A DNA stretch of 64,000 nucleotides from Nemertoderma westbladi. Taxonomy: Eukaryota > Animalia > Xenacoelomorpha. The notes beneath the pieces were generated by a model that saw only the letters and a program-made list of their open reading frames with translations, had not been told where the DNA came from and did not search any database. The stretch is from positions 1 through 64,000 of the forward strand of contig JAUCBJ010004427.1 in NCBI GenBank assembly GCA_032718475.1, written 5' to 3'. Made by a program: the position numbers and the translations under genes. Below, in pieces: positions 49,039 through 62,629 of this stretch (within the stretch, counting starts at the first letter, position 1; the number at the start of each line of letters is the position of its first letter).

Positions 49039-49946
49039 TTAGTTTTTCTTGCGCAGACGGCGTTTACGCAGTTTCTTGAGACTAGCAAGAGTCCTTTTCT
49101 CTTTGGGGCGAGCCACTTTACTAGGAGGGCTATAACTCCTGGGTGAAGGGTGCAATACAATTGCATCAGAAGGTTTAGGGTTACAGTCAGTGTCTCGTCC
49201 ATTTCGATCTGCTTCTCCTCGAGCTGATTTTCCTCCGCTTGTCGTTGGACACGCTCGTCCAAAACTCTCGCAGAGAATAGGGTTGTCTAAGCTCGATATC
49301 TTCTTAGAGATTCAAGATTTCCCAATCGAACTGAGATAAAGCCAATTCGTTTACCGCTTGGACTTGCTGTTATAACTAGCGTAGGTGATTTGTCGAACAA
49401 GTTTCGGTTTCCGTGGATGTTTATGTCTTTCCGTTTATTAGTTGGGTCTAGGGCATTTATCGTAATAATACCAAAGACGCACGTCTGGTAGGGGAAACGC
49501 GGATGATATTTATTTGTTGTTACAATGCTTCTATCAAGAATTCCAAAATATACGTTAGAGTTACCGCGTCCATTTGTCTCTCTAATGTCTTTTCTTTCGA
49601 GTCGATTTCGAATAGAATTTTCGCATTCGAATTTCAGTTTATCGTTCCGACTCCGCTGGGTAGGATATATGTTCGACATAGTCCGTATCGTGTGAATCGA
49701 TAGAATGGCCAATGGTTAAGAAGTCCATATCCGTACTATTACGATGCGTGTAGCGAGCGGTGAATTTTCCATAGTCCAATTCACGCGTAAGTTGCTTCTA
49801 GCAAATCGTCGGTTCGATATAACGACCATCGTCCTCCGTAGTAGTTGGACTAGCATCGCCGCGTATCAAGCTATCAACAAACACTTGTAAAGGTAGAGTA
49901 TATCGCTCCCCGATACCAAGACCATCTTCTATCAACTCCGTTATAT
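49039..49946 (-). pseudogene. Extra ORF of BEL copy 2, decayed and internally deleted
   Basis: Homology to 25104-26408 (YPTQRSRNDKLK.ECENSIRNR; same basic C-terminal tail). Confidence 0.7.
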
Positions 49947-51593
49947 CTGCTATATATGAGTTTATTAATATTATAATGAGCTTATAATTAGGCTAGCGAG
50001 CGTCGCTGCCTACCCCAATCAGCCCCCGGACAGTGTAAGATGCTCAGCGCAAATGTATCGTCGTCGCTGTGTTTTCCGCCAACGTGTAGCTACACAATGA
50101 CAACGACACTAGCACGAGTCACTCCACTGTCCGTCCCAAAGGCTTAGATTCACTTCAGGTTCTTACTGGAGAGTTAGGGTTACTTTCACAATTGCGACTC
50201 GCTACTGTAAACACACTTTAGTAGCAACATTCGCCTATAAACTCACAAATTCCACACACACAACTGTCACAAATTACACACACTCGGGCCATTTGTCCGT
50301 TAGTCAGTGCCTTCCAGAATGCCACGTTATTATTATGTATCCTTGGATACTAGCAGTGCGCTATTTATTTCTTACTATGCAATGGGGCAAGCTTTCTATT
50401 GTTCTTTTTAACTTGCTTCTAATTCTAGCGTGGGTGTTACTATGGTGACATTATGGAAAGCTAGCGGTAGAATTAGGGTAATTCCAATGCATACAGATCT
50501 GGGATGCTATTTAATATTAATTCTTTAATGGTCCAATATCTCGTTTATATATGATTTTATAAATTTTATCGGCTATTGACTCATACATGGGAGATTCTCA
50601 CACTCTAACACACTTAATAGGATGAATCTCCGCTCCCGTGATCTATTAATTAATGGGATTTTGGGAATGTTATAAATTGCACAGAATGACAATTTATCAA
50701 ATTCATTAAAATATGAATTTAAATTTATTCCCTGAAATTTTATTATTTGATAGTACAATTGACACAATTTGATTCCAGAGCAGGTCTGGGGACATAGGAT
50801 CCTTAATTCTATGAAAATTGTCTTTTAAGAGTATCGGTAAGTGCTACGATATCTTAATCGACTAGAATTGTTAAAGGATCTGAATTTTACAGATTTTGAT
50901 TTATAGATTTGTAAATATTAAATAATTAATATTTGAGATGGGCACCAATTTATTCCAGAACTTGTCTGGGGACGTTAACCACTGATTCTAGAATTTGTCT
51001 TTCAAGTATATCGGTGGGTGCCGCGATATCTTAATCGACTAGAATTACAGATGGTCAAAAGGTTTAACAGATTTATTTGCGTTTCACGCTACTGTTAGAG
51101 GGACATCACGCTACTATATGTATTATTATATATGGTATGAGAGCAATATCGCACGAAGCAATGTCAGTGTGAAGAGGCAAGTCGTTTCCAAGGTCTACCC
51201 AGAGCTTGGTTTAGCCGAGACACGAGGATCTGAACTTTGCATTCCTAATACTCTGCCTACCAATAATACTTGAATATAGTAATGGCTTTATTGTACTTTA
51301 ATAAGTACGGACATTTCATCTTACTGTAGTCACGTATTTATAATATGATACGGACAGTAAGGAAAGAGAAAAATAATTATTTCTCGCCGTCGCACTAAAT
51401 ATATATTATAAGTAATTACGTACGTAATAGACACTAATATATTGCACTAATCTACTAAATAATCACTAAAATAACATTCTACTAAATAAAATTAAAGAAA
51501 ACGATTATAATAAAATTACATAATAATACATACATAAATATAAAATAAAAACAAATATAAAATGATATAGTCACACGCCCACTCCATATGTTA

Positions 51594-52031
51594 TTACGTT
51601 ATGGAGTCCCTAGATATTTGTCGGATTAGGGAAGTGGTTGTAGGGAGAGTATCTTGCCTTCCATAGTTTCCGGACAGTTTTCGGTCTCTTTCCAGTAAAC
51701 ATAAACGACCAGCTGGGCGATTGAGTTGTTGTGTTACTTTCTCCGCTCCCTTGGCCTGTCTAATCTCCGCCGTGGTAAGATGAGGAGGCCATTCTTCTTC
51801 TCCTTTACTTAAGAAGTCGGATCCACCTAACCAGCCTGGAGTATCTATCAGTTCTTGAGGAGTTGCTCCTCTGGAAGCAATGTCGGCTGGATTAATCGTC
51901 TCAAGGCAATGTCTCCATTGATCTATAGTGGAGTTAATATCGTCATTATCTGAGGAGTATGGTGTTCCCTCAGTTGGGTCGTCCACCTCACTGCTCTCCA
52001 CTTCCTATTCCTTTACCTGGTATACCTGTTC
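51594..52031 (-). pseudogene. Fused pol remnant of copy 2 (pre-RT linker, short RH-region piece, integrase C-terminal end)
   Basis: SSEVDDPTEG...|DQWRHC..INPADIASRG...EKV|TQQLNRPAGRLCLLE: three non-adjacent segments of copy 1/3 pol. Confidence 0.85.
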
Positions 52032-54404
52032 TTAAGGTAATCTCTCTTTGAGAGTTCTACGGGAAGGGCCAGTGAAGTACCAACCTACTCTAGTTCTTAC
52101 CGCATAGGTTTGTAGTGGCTGTGGTTGAGCAGGCCGTTTCTCCAATGTCTCTAGCGCCTCATGCGCGTTTTGGCCGATGAGTATTTGCACTCCAGGATAA
52201 TCTGTGTGGAATCGAGGAATCTTAAGCTGCTGGATGCTCTCGTCCTCGTCCCAGTTATAAGGTTCTACTTGGGTAGTAGCGAAGTTCTTTATAGCCACCA
52301 TTTTTACTGACCTTATACTTTGTTCTCCTAATTTATCCTGGGGGGTGGACAACACACCTACATAGTAATCTGCCGTTATGGTAGATTTCACCTGCATAAT
52401 TCCTGACATATTCAACTTAGTTCGGAATTTGGGTTGTCCAGCAAAGATGTCTTCGGCTAGTTCTTGATCGATGAATGTTCCTGTGTTGCCGGAGTCAAGG
52501 AGGGCGTTCACTATGTAACTTTTGTTAGGACCGTGAACTCTTACCTGCACCACAGGAAATTCTCTGATTCCTACGTTGGAAGTTGGAGGTTTCCAAGATG
52601 GTTGTCTGTCAAAGGTAGTTGGGGGGAACTCATTGTCGGTGTCCTTTTCATACGTAAGTGCTCGATACACTGCGGTATTTATTAGGTAACAGGATTCATT
52701 GGCGTCGGAGAATTCGTCCGTATACAATCCTTCCATCTCAGATTCTTGATCAGTGTCATCTACATCACTGAATTGGACATGTAGTTCGGGCTCACTTACC
52801 TGACTCGGGTTGTTTCGTTCGAATTCACTGTGTAACAAGATGTGATGTTTCGCACTGCACTTTGCACACTTTACGTCGGAGTAACAGGTTCGCCGTTGGT
52901 GTCCTTTTCTGAGGCAATTATAGCATAACCGCTTATCCCACATGACTTCACGTCTGTCTACCAGGGATTTCTTTAGGAATTCAGCACACACACTCAAACG
53001 GTGGGGCCCGTCACACAGCGCACATTTTGGTTTGATGTTACTCACTTTACCTTGGGTAACGTTATGCACTCTCGTTCTTTCTTCGGGCTTTCTTCCGTGA
53101 ATTCTCTTAGGAGACATAGGAGGAGTTGTTGTTACCTGTTCTCTCCTGTCACTGGTTCGAGACTTATATTTACTTACGTCTTTATAGGTCTTGTTGTCAT
53201 AGTAAGATTTTGCTGTGTCTTTCCCGCTGTCCTCTTCTTGAGAAGCTTGGCTTTCGCCGTCGTCAGTATAACACACTGGTGTTACCCTTCTCCTAGAAAC
53301 GGGTTTCTCACTTACCTTATTTTCCGATGTTTTCTCTCTGGACTGCTTTATGAGTTGTAATTTTACTTCACTATCTAAGAAGGACATGAGATCAGCCATG
53401 GTAGGGCCTCGTCGTTGCTGCTCATTCATATACAACACTTTCTTGTCCCAGCGTGTACATACTCCACCCTTTGGTAAAGTAGAGACTACGGCTCCAATAA
53501 CCATGGAACTCTGATATTCATGAGACTTACCTAACCAATCCAATTGTCTACAGATCTCCTGAATCTCATCGGAAAACTCTATAATCCCGCTACTAAGGAA
53601 CTTTCGGGGGGCTACTAATTTTGCATACAAATACTTAGCTATGTTATCCTTGTTACCATACCTGATGTTTAATGTATCCCAAACTTGTCTTAATCCATCT
53701 GGATGTCCAATAAACTTTAACGCCATTAACTTGGGAGGTCCTTCCAAGCACTTGATGAGGAATCTAAGTTTCTCTCCGTTAGATAGTACAGAGTTCTGTA
53801 TGCTATCTTTGTAATATTCATTAAAAGGTAACCATTTCATCTCATCTCCATTGAATTTGACGATTTCTCCCACTTTGACCGCTTGGCGGGCTTCTGTTCT
53901 AGCCATCTGACGCGTAAAGCTTTCTTGGGCCATCGTGTTATTTAATATCGAATTATCGGTATATAAATTTCCCGGATTATTATCAGGTCTATAGGGAATA
54001 TCATCAACAACAGGTTTATAATCACCCTTAATAGGGTTTGCTATAGGAGTTTCTACTTCACTAGCAGTATAGATGCATGTAGGCTCCACACCTTGCGCAT
54101 GTAATACTTCAGACCTAACAGGTTGACACAATGTTACAGGGGGTATTGGTATACCCTTTTGTATATTGACTAATTTGTCGCGTTCTAGCGCGATGCTATG
54201 CTGCACTTCTTGCAATTCTACCCTACTTTCCCTTAATGTTCCCTTGAGTTGGTGGACAGTCTCCTGCATCTGTCCGAGCAGGAGATTCATCCCCCGCCGT
54301 CCCTCCTCTACCCACTCGACCGTCGAAGCGGGAGTCGCCAACATTGTAGCGGGCAGACAAATCTTTGATTTCTCTCTCAGCGTCCAGGACAGGGATATTC
54401 TCAT
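52032..54404 (-). CDS. gag: BEL copy 2 Gag core plus protease, 790-aa open frame
   Basis: Closely similar to 36990-38855 and continues in frame through ALLDSGNTGTFI and VRTRVGWYFTGP. Confidence 0.85.
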   Translation of the reverse strand: MRISLSWTLREKSKICLPATMLATPASTVEWVEEGRRGMNLLLGQMQETVHQLKGTLRESRVELQEVQHSIALERDKLVNIQKGIPIPPVTLCQPVRSEVLHAQGVEPTCIYTASEVETPIANPIKGDYKPVVDDIPYRPDNNPGNLYTDNSILNNTMAQESFTRQMARTEARQAVKVGEIVKFNGDEMKWLPFNEYYKDSIQNSVLSNGEKLRFLIKCLEGPPKLMALKFIGHPDGLRQVWDTLNIRYGNKDNIAKYLYAKLVAPRKFLSSGIIEFSDEIQEICRQLDWLGKSHEYQSSMVIGAVVSTLPKGGVCTRWDKKVLYMNEQQRRGPTMADLMSFLDSEVKLQLIKQSREKTSENKVSEKPVSRRRVTPVCYTDDGESQASQEEDSGKDTAKSYYDNKTYKDVSKYKSRTSDRREQVTTTPPMSPKRIHGRKPEERTRVHNVTQGKVSNIKPKCALCDGPHRLSVCAEFLKKSLVDRREVMWDKRLCYNCLRKGHQRRTCYSDVKCAKCSAKHHILLHSEFERNNPSQVSEPELHVQFSDVDDTDQESEMEGLYTDEFSDANESCYLINTAVYRALTYEKDTDNEFPPTTFDRQPSWKPPTSNVGIREFPVVQVRVHGPNKSYIVNALLDSGNTGTFIDQELAEDIFAGQPKFRTKLNMSGIMQVKSTITADYYVGVLSTPQDKLGEQSIRSVKMVAIKNFATTQVEPYNWDEDESIQQLKIPRFHTDYPGVQILIGQNAHEALETLEKRPAQPQPLQTYAVRTRVGWYFTGPSRRTLKERLP

Positions 54405-55626
54405 GGACTGTTCTACCGGGTACAGGCAGTGTAGTACTGTGTAAAGGGGATTTAGAGTTAAGCTCTGGAAGTACAGGGGTCTCTAGCACAGGAGTGGCTT
54501 TGGGAACGACAGGCCTAATTATTTCAGGCTCATCAACTATCGTAGGGAGTCTTTTGACCTTAATAATTTGGTCTGTGGGTTCTGTATTACCTAAGTCTGT
54601 GCTAGCTAGTTGTCTTCTAACCGCTGGGGGCAAATCAGGCAATTTGTGACGATGAGATGTTTTTCTACGCCTGCTTAGACGAGATCTATTTCCTCCGCCT
54701 TCAGGATCGGTGGTCTCGCCTTCTTCCGATGATGTGTATTCTTGGCATTTGGGAGTAGAACGACTCATCATCTGCATTTGACTAGCAGTTAACTGTTTAT
54801 TTATGTTGTCTTGCGTCTCTTGCAGATTTTCCAACTCCAGTTGGGTAGTCTCCTCAGACGCTCTCCGTTCTGCTTCTGCCACTGCCTTTGCTGCCTTTCT
54901 TTCTGCTTCTGCTTCTGCCATTGCCGCTGCTACTGCTGCTGCCTTTCGGTCCTCTATCCGTTTTTTCTTTACTTGTTCTTCTTGGACTCTAGCGAGGCGG
55001 AGTTTTTCATCAAATTTAGCTTGGTTTGCAGCTAACATTTCCGCATCGATTGCGTCCAACACAAGCTTGGTTCCTTCACTATTAGGGCGAAGTCCAGACA
55101 GTCGTCTCGTCAACTCTTCGTCTCCTAGGAATCGCTGATAGTCTGACAGATAAATATCAATAGCGTCTCTCTTTCGCGGCTCCCCCGCTGTCACTTCGCT
55201 TTCTTCTTGAGAAGAAGTGGCGTCGGTTGATTCTTCAAAGGTTGGCCGCTCATCATAAACCGTATCCGCCATCTTCGCTCCGCGTTCGGGCGTCCGCTCA
55301 ACAGTATCTGAACTACTGGAGCTATCGGGCCGCTGAGAACTAGGTTCTTGGCTAGGAGGTTGCTACTGTTTGATAGCTGCTTCTTGATCCCGCTTGACTT
55401 GGGCCCGAGTGCCGATGATAGACCTACGCTGTTCTACTAGCCTAGGGTCTGACACTACTACTGTAGGGATGGCCTTTCTTACAATAGTAGGTGACTTAGA
55501 CTTGGATCTAGGATGTTCTATACTTTGATCTTGGTCACAGATCCTTTTAATACGCTGTCTAAGTCTAATACTCATTCTAACACTTTCTAAGAGACTATCT
55601 GACAGTGATTTGGTTGCGTCTGACAT
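54223..55626 (-). pseudogene. N-terminal Gag extension of copy 2 (ORFs 55363-55626 and 54223-55272)
   Basis: Homologous to 38789-40758 but lacking about 500 bp of it. Confidence 0.7.
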
Positions 55627-57877
55627 GTTTGTTTACACAGTTGAATGCCTACGGCTATAAATACAGTTAAAGTAAGTCTAGTAATTCAGTATCACTGTTA
55701 GCCTAATAATTAATTACCGATACTGCTACTCAGTGTAGCGTGATATATATATAATATATTAGAATACCGGTATGCTTATAGTATATATATAAGTATTATT
55801 ACAGACTAGATTTGTCACAGAGTACCGGTATATAATTTTAGCACAAATATATATAAATATATAATAGGCCTATCGTGAATACCGGTATACAGCTGACACT
55901 TATAGTATATATAAGTATAATTATTACAGACTAGAATTAATTACAGAATGCCGGTATGATTTCAGCCATAATTTATAGAATAAATATAATAAGCCTATTG
56001 TAAATACCGGTATGTCAATTATTTTAAAAAATAATTGAATTTCTGAATGTTAGGGGTTACTTGGTTACTTTACTTACTTTATTACCGTTATTTAAGCAGC
56101 AGTCCAACTGATATTAAGACCTAAGTGTTGTATAACAGGCCTACTATTTTATTAATAGATTTAGTGGATTTATATGTACCCGTATGAGGGGTTTTGTTAC
56201 AATATTGAAATAGATGTTACTATTTCTGGGAAATAATCACTACACAGAAGATATGCGCTCTCAGTGAAGTGCTACTTATTGGACACTAAAACAGATAATT
56301 CTACTTCCTAAGTTACTTATCTGCGAATTACTTACGATACGGGTGAGATTAATTCTCTAACTAAACACAACAAAAATATTACGTACGAAATTTTAGGGTA
56401 ATTTTACAGGGAACTACAAACCAGTCTAACAGAGTGTTAGATTTTCTGGTTATTACAACGGACAGGATACTACGGTATTTGAAAATAATAAGTAGTAGTA
56501 AATACACTGTGTTGTCCAGATAGGAAAATACCACCGTCTGACGACCTATAGCCGTATCGCTATAGGTACTACGTTATGTATCACGGAGTGTCCCTACCTA
56601 GAAGCTAATTACCGCGGTCTACCAGAACCAACGTGCCTATTAACCACTTTACAACACAAATATACTGCCTACACACTAATTACCTTCGGAAAGCACTGTA
56701 CACTAAACCCTAAATTAGGTACAAGTACTGGTACAACAAATAATCAGTAGTTAAAAATACTTGAACAGCTAAAAGAACCACGGCATCTGCTGGAGTGACC
56801 AAAGCACAAAATCTCCGGTCTTTACCTACGCCAAGCAGCCCGTGTAGTACCGGGGTTAATTTAACTATAACGGTATGTATAACAAGCACAATTACTGTAG
56901 GAATAAACTTGGGGACATGAATGTTGCGAATAATCGCATAAACTCTGAATAATAAATATTACGCTACCCGTACAGAATACTCAAACAAAATACAAACCAA
57001 ACGCTGGCAGACTACCATCAAGCCTAAATAAACTACAGTATGTGCAGATTCCGAAATGGTTAGTTAGTATGCGTTCTAACACGGTAGTACGACTTATTCT
57101 TTAGGAGGGGGTTGACCTTACAACTCAAGATGCCCCAACTTACTAACTGGCACTTTATCAGACAAACTCTACACACGCAGCAATCTCTTCAGACCTAATA
57201 ATAGCTAGACAACAATCCAGCCTACAAAATATCTGAGTAATAACTATTACGGTACCTGAACAGACCACACAAACAAACACAGGCTAAAACGCTGGTAGAC
57301 TACTATCAAGCCTAAATAAACTACAGTATATGCAGATTCCAAAATGGTTAGTTAGTATGCGTTCTAACACGGTAGTACGACTTATTCTTTAGGAGGGGGT
57401 TGACCTTACAACTCAAGATGCCCCAACTTACTAACTGGCACTTTATCGGACAGACTCTACATGCACTGCAATCCGTTCAGACCTAACAACAGTCAGAACA
57501 ACAGTCCAGCCTACAAATTATCTGTACAATCTGAGCAGGGTTACATGCCTTCTGCTCAATATTATCCTACTAGTAAATAAAACTGACAGAAATAGACCTA
57601 AGTAAAATCCCAATAAAAACCAGGCGTCCCCGATTTAATATCGAGACCTACCGGTATATAATTATCAAAATCGAATAATACTGCTGTACCTGTACTGCTG
57701 TAAGTACCGGTCCGGATGATCAGGCAGTCAGGCCTACAGATTACCGGTCGACCGGTACTTTAGTCTTGATCGCTTACGCCGCAATCAAGATCCTACAAAC
57801 TGTTATTGTTCTTACCAGAATAATATTAAACTGTATTTATTGCCTACACTGCAATCAAGAATTTTACAAACGGTTAT

Positions 57878-58301
57878 TGTTTGCGCTTTTGAAGACCTTT
57901 GGCAGTTTAACCCGCCAAATCTATATGTCTTCTAGGTTATAAATCTACTCCAGCCTATGACAAGTATTGAACACCTATAATAATTCTAACATTAGCCAAA
58001 GCCAGTCTGTGCGCGACCATTCACCCGCTGGATATACCCGGGAGACTGGATTTGGATGCTTTAATTTGATTGCGGTGCAGGCCCACCGTACTATTCGATT
58101 GATCGTTAATATATAATCTCTGACAAATATTATTCACTTTTGGGAAATATTAGCAGTTCCTTTAGGACGTGGCGCTCTATCTATTTAAACAGAGCTATGA
58201 CTTACACTATACACAACGGTATGTCTTATAGATCACCAAAGTGCATTCTTTAGGAAATGCTTTGTTACTCGGTCAAGCACACACAGACTATTGCACACAA
58301 C
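57878..58301 (-). repeat. Partial 5' LTR of BEL copy 2
   Basis: Near-identical to 47763-48186; the match breaks at the TG of copy 3. Confidence 0.9.
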
Positions 58302-59609
58302 TGTACGCGCTTTTGAAGACCTTTAGCAGTTTAATCTGCCAAAATTTATATGTCTTTTTGTTTATAAATATACTTTAGAAGATGACAAATATTTAATACT
58401 AATAAACACAACATTAGCAGAAGCCAGCCTAGTGCGCGTCCATTCACCCGCTGGATAATCCCGGGAGACTGGGTTCTGAGGGCTTAAATTATTATTGCAG
58501 TGAAGCTTACTGTATTGTATTATTCGATTGATCGTTAATAATTAATTTCTGACTAATATTATTTACTTTCGGGAAATATTAACAGTTCCTTTAGGACGTG
58601 GCGCTCTATCTAAGTAAACCGAGATATGACTTATACTAATCACAACGGTAAGTCGGTAAGGCTTAAGATTCACGTATGAGGCGCATTCTTTAGGAAATGC
58701 TTAGTTATCAATCACAATCATGCACACTACCAGTAACACACAATACTGCACACTAATTTGCCGACCGTCAATGAATTTTATCATATATAAAGAGAACAGC
58801 AACGGACCAATGTAGTGCTTATCAAATAGCATTAAATTCACTACAAACCACAACAATATAAGTCGCAATCGCTATATATAACCCGTCTCTCTAACCTGTA
58901 GTGTATCAAGAAAATTGGGAAATTTGGGTTCTTTATATATGTTCTCCAAATAATGTTCAACCAAACACAACAGTAAATAGCAGTATAATAATGTATGTTA
59001 AACAGTAATAACAACCAAGTATTGAATTTTGAATGGAGTTGTATTGAATTGAGTTGAATTGGACTGATATGTGAGTTGTTATGAATTGTTAAGAACTGAT
59101 AACAGTCATACGCTCTATAATTTTAGCCTACTAATGTTTCTTCTAAAAGTATGAAACGAATTGATTCTAGAGCCGTTGTTCCTGGCCTAGACAGCAATAA
59201 CCACAAAGTATCAAGAAAAAACAGTAAGACTGAACACTCTCCTTATGATCGACCGAAAAGCTACACGTCGACAGGAAAAATCGCTCTGATTGGCTCAAGC
59301 CAAACAAAGAACCATGCGTCCAATGGCTGTTTCCATGTCAGCAACCAGCTGTTAGATGTCGTAATATGAATCATCACGGCTAAGCTATGAAAGGTATTTG
59401 TCGCATTGCAGGTTTTTTGCCTTACCATGTCCGCTAAAACACGTATATAGCAGAATGACTTTTATGTCCGTTAAAACACCTGTAAAGGTACCTTGCGGGC
59501 GAGGGGAATATATATACAGTTAGAGAACCTTTTTAGAGTATTCCAGCGCCTGGGGGGAAACTGGATTGCGAAGCAAAAGGGCCAGTTATATCCCACAGAA
59601 GCTTTTACA
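58302..59609 (-). repeat. 3' LTR of BEL copy 3 (1308 bp)
   Basis: Same terminal motifs and conserved blocks as the other LTRs; followed on + strand by ccgctcccagaaaatggga as in copy 2. Confidence 0.85.
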
Positions 59610-59687
59610 CCGCTCCCAGAAAATGGGATTTGAGTCTATAAAATATACAAAATCACAGTTTCTAATATACGTAAATACTCTAAACAG

Positions 59688-61137
59688 TTAGTCTTTCTTG
59701 CGCGGACGGCGTTTACGCAGTTTTTTAAAGCTAGCCAGAGTCCTTTTCTCTTTGGGGCGAGCCACTTTACAAGGAGGGCTATAACTCCTGGGTGAAGGGT
59801 GCAATATGATTGCATCAGAGGGTGTAGGATTATGGTCGGTGTATCCGCCAGTCGAAGTACCGGGTTGATTGACATCAACGTCAGGTGAGAGGGGTCTAAC
59901 GGCTTTGAGAGCTCGTTTCAAGACAGCCGCTCTTACGGGTCCTTTACGAGTGGTCTGAACGAGGGCCGTGGGTGGACCATAGGCAGTTAGAAACTTCCGG
60001 GGTTTAATGGTCCTTTCCAACTCGCGTTCGCGGGCTCGGTATTCGTAAGGCCGTCGATATACTTCCTGTAACTCAGGGTGTGAGTTAACAAACAAGTCTC
60101 CATAGTCCGGATCCTGACGGATATAATTGATTAAGTTATAGGAATGAAGGTCGCTAGGATTAACACTCCTGAGAAATTTGCGTACGAATTTGGTTGAAAT
60201 ACATTCTCCGACGCGCTTCAGTAGCTCGTAACTTGATATGCGTGATTTCTGTTCAACCTAAGCGAATAGATAAGGATGGAACGCATAAACTCCTTCGTAA
60301 GCGCGTCCGGGATAATAGCGATGGCGCGAATCACAATGTAAATCAGCGTTCGCTTCCCAAGCTCTGATGTAACGCAGTGTGATCATTTCATCTACGCTTT
60401 CCAAATCGTGATTAAAAGGGCAGTCGAAACTAGCATGTCCCTTTAGTTGACAATGGTGACATTGAGTCATAAATTGAGGGCAAACCGCAAAGATATGCAA
60501 GTTATTGAGTCTGCAATATGCGCAATAAATCTCCATAGTCGGTTGCTCTTGGAAATAGGAACAGCGGACGTTGGTGTCCATGGGCGTACCGTGGTCTCTC
60601 GATGCGCATAACCGACAACGTTGCCTAGAAACATAGTTGGCATGTCGATAATCGTACGCAGTGAGACACTGTGGACCTTGATACCATTCTATGATGTAAT
60701 CGTTGTCGCTGTTCCGGGGCGCGATAGGCTGAATCTCTTCAGATTCTAGACATATTGGTTCGTCTTCCCAGTCTGTTACGAATAGAATTTTCGTGATCTA
60801 TTCTCGGTTTATCGTTACGACGCCGCTGGGTATGATATTTAAATAGAACCATTTCCCTTTCGGTATCTACATCGTCTGTATCATGTAAATCGATAGGATG
60901 GCCGGTCGTTAGGAAGTCCATATACGTACCATTACGATTCGTATAGCGAGTGGTGAATTTTCGATAGTCCAATTCACGCGCAAGTTGCTCTTGGGACATC
61001 GGCGGTTCGATATAACGACCATCGTCCTCCGTAATGGTTGGATCGGCTTCACCGCGTATTAAGCTGTCCACAAATGCTTGTAAAGGTAGAGTATATCGCT
61101 CCCTAATACCAAGATCATCTTCTATCAACTCCGTCAT
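59688..61137 (-). pseudogene. Extra ORF of BEL copy 3, ~480 aa when reconstructed, with three zinc knuckles and basic tail
   Basis: One frameshift (~60770) and one in-frame TAG (60258-60260) join ORFs 60739-61137, 60258-60581 and 59688-60095; CRLCASRDH..C, CAYCRLNNLHIFAVC, CHHCQLKGHASFDC. Confidence 0.72.
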
Positions 61138-62629
61138 ATCTGCTATCTGAGTTTATTAATATCAAATAAGTTTGTATTTAGGCGAGCGGGCGTCGCTGCC
61201 TACTTCTCTTTGCCCCCGGACAGTGGGATTCTCAGCGCCGATGTACCGTCGTCGGGGTGTTTACGCCAACATGTAGCAACAGCACGACAACGATAACCGG
61301 CACAAGTCACTCCACTGTCCGTCCCAAAGGCTTGGATCCACTTAGGTTCTTTCTATAGGAGAGTTGGGCTATTTTTACAATTGCGACTAGCTACTGTAAA
61401 CATACTTTAGCAGTAACATTCACCTATAAACGCACAAATTCCACACAACTGTCACCAACTGCACACATACAGGCCATTTGTCCGTTAGTCAGTGCCTTCC
61501 AGAATGTCACGTTATTACTGTGTATCCTTGGATACTAGCAGTGTGCTATATTCTCTATGCTATGCAATGTGTCAAGCTTTCTATTGTTCTCTTAACTTGC
61601 TTCTAATTCTAGCGTGGGTGTTGCTATGGTGACATTATGGAATGCTAGCGGTAGAATTAGGGTAATTCTCATGCATACAGATCTGGGATGCTATTTAATA
61701 ATAATTCTTTAATTGTCAATATCCTCTTTATGCATGATTTTGTTAATTTTATCGGCTATTGACTATATGTTGGAGATTCTCGCACTCTAATACACTCAAT
61801 AGGATGTTAAAATTGACACAATTTGATTCCAGAGCAGGTCTGGGGACATAGGATCCTTAATTCTATGAAATTTGTCTTTTAAGAGTATCGGGAAGTGCTA
61901 CGATATCTTAATCGACTAGAATTGTTAACGGATCTGAATTTTACAGATTTTAATAAATATTAAATTAATATTTAAGATGGGCACCGATTTATTCCAGAAC
62001 TTGTCTGGGGACGTTAACCATTGATTCTAGAATTTGTCTTTCAAGTATATCGGTGGGTGCCGCGATATCTTAATCGACTAGAATTACAGAGGTCAAAAGG
62101 TTTAACAGATTTATTTGCGTTTTACGCTACTGTTAGAGGGACATCACGCTACTATATGTATTATTTAATATAAGGTAGAAGAGCAATATCGCACGAAGCA
62201 ATGTCAGTGTGAAGAGGCAAGTCGTTTCCAAGGTCTACCCAGAGCTTGGCTTAGCCGAGACACGAGGATCTGAACTTTGCATTCCTAATACTCTGCCTAC
62301 CAATAATACTTGAATATAGTAGTGGCTTTATTGTACTTTAAGAAGTACGGACATTTCATCTTACTGTAGTCACGTATTTATAATATGATACGGACAGTAA
62401 GGAAAGAGAAAAAATTATTTCTCGCCGTCGCACTAAATATATATTATAAGTAATTACGTACGTAATAAACACTAATATATTGCACTAATCTACTAAATAA
62501 TCACTAAAATAACATTCTACTAAATAAAATTGAATAAAAACGATTATAATAAAGTACATAATAAAGTTCGCATATAAAAATATAACAAAATAGATAAAAC
62601 AATATAGTCATACACCCACTCCAAACGTA

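Larger units (their letters stand above)
47763..58301 (-). mobile_element. BEL/Pao copy 2, internally deleted (RT and most of RH/IN missing); 5' LTR interrupted by copy 3
   Basis: LTR 47763-48961 and near-identical partial LTR 57878-58301; internal sequence collinear with copy 1. Confidence 0.92.

Noticed and set aside
57878-59609. Tandem elements sharing one LTR
   Set aside because: The copy 2 LTR breaks after ~425 bp and a different, diverged LTR starts with its own TG, so this is a nested insertion.
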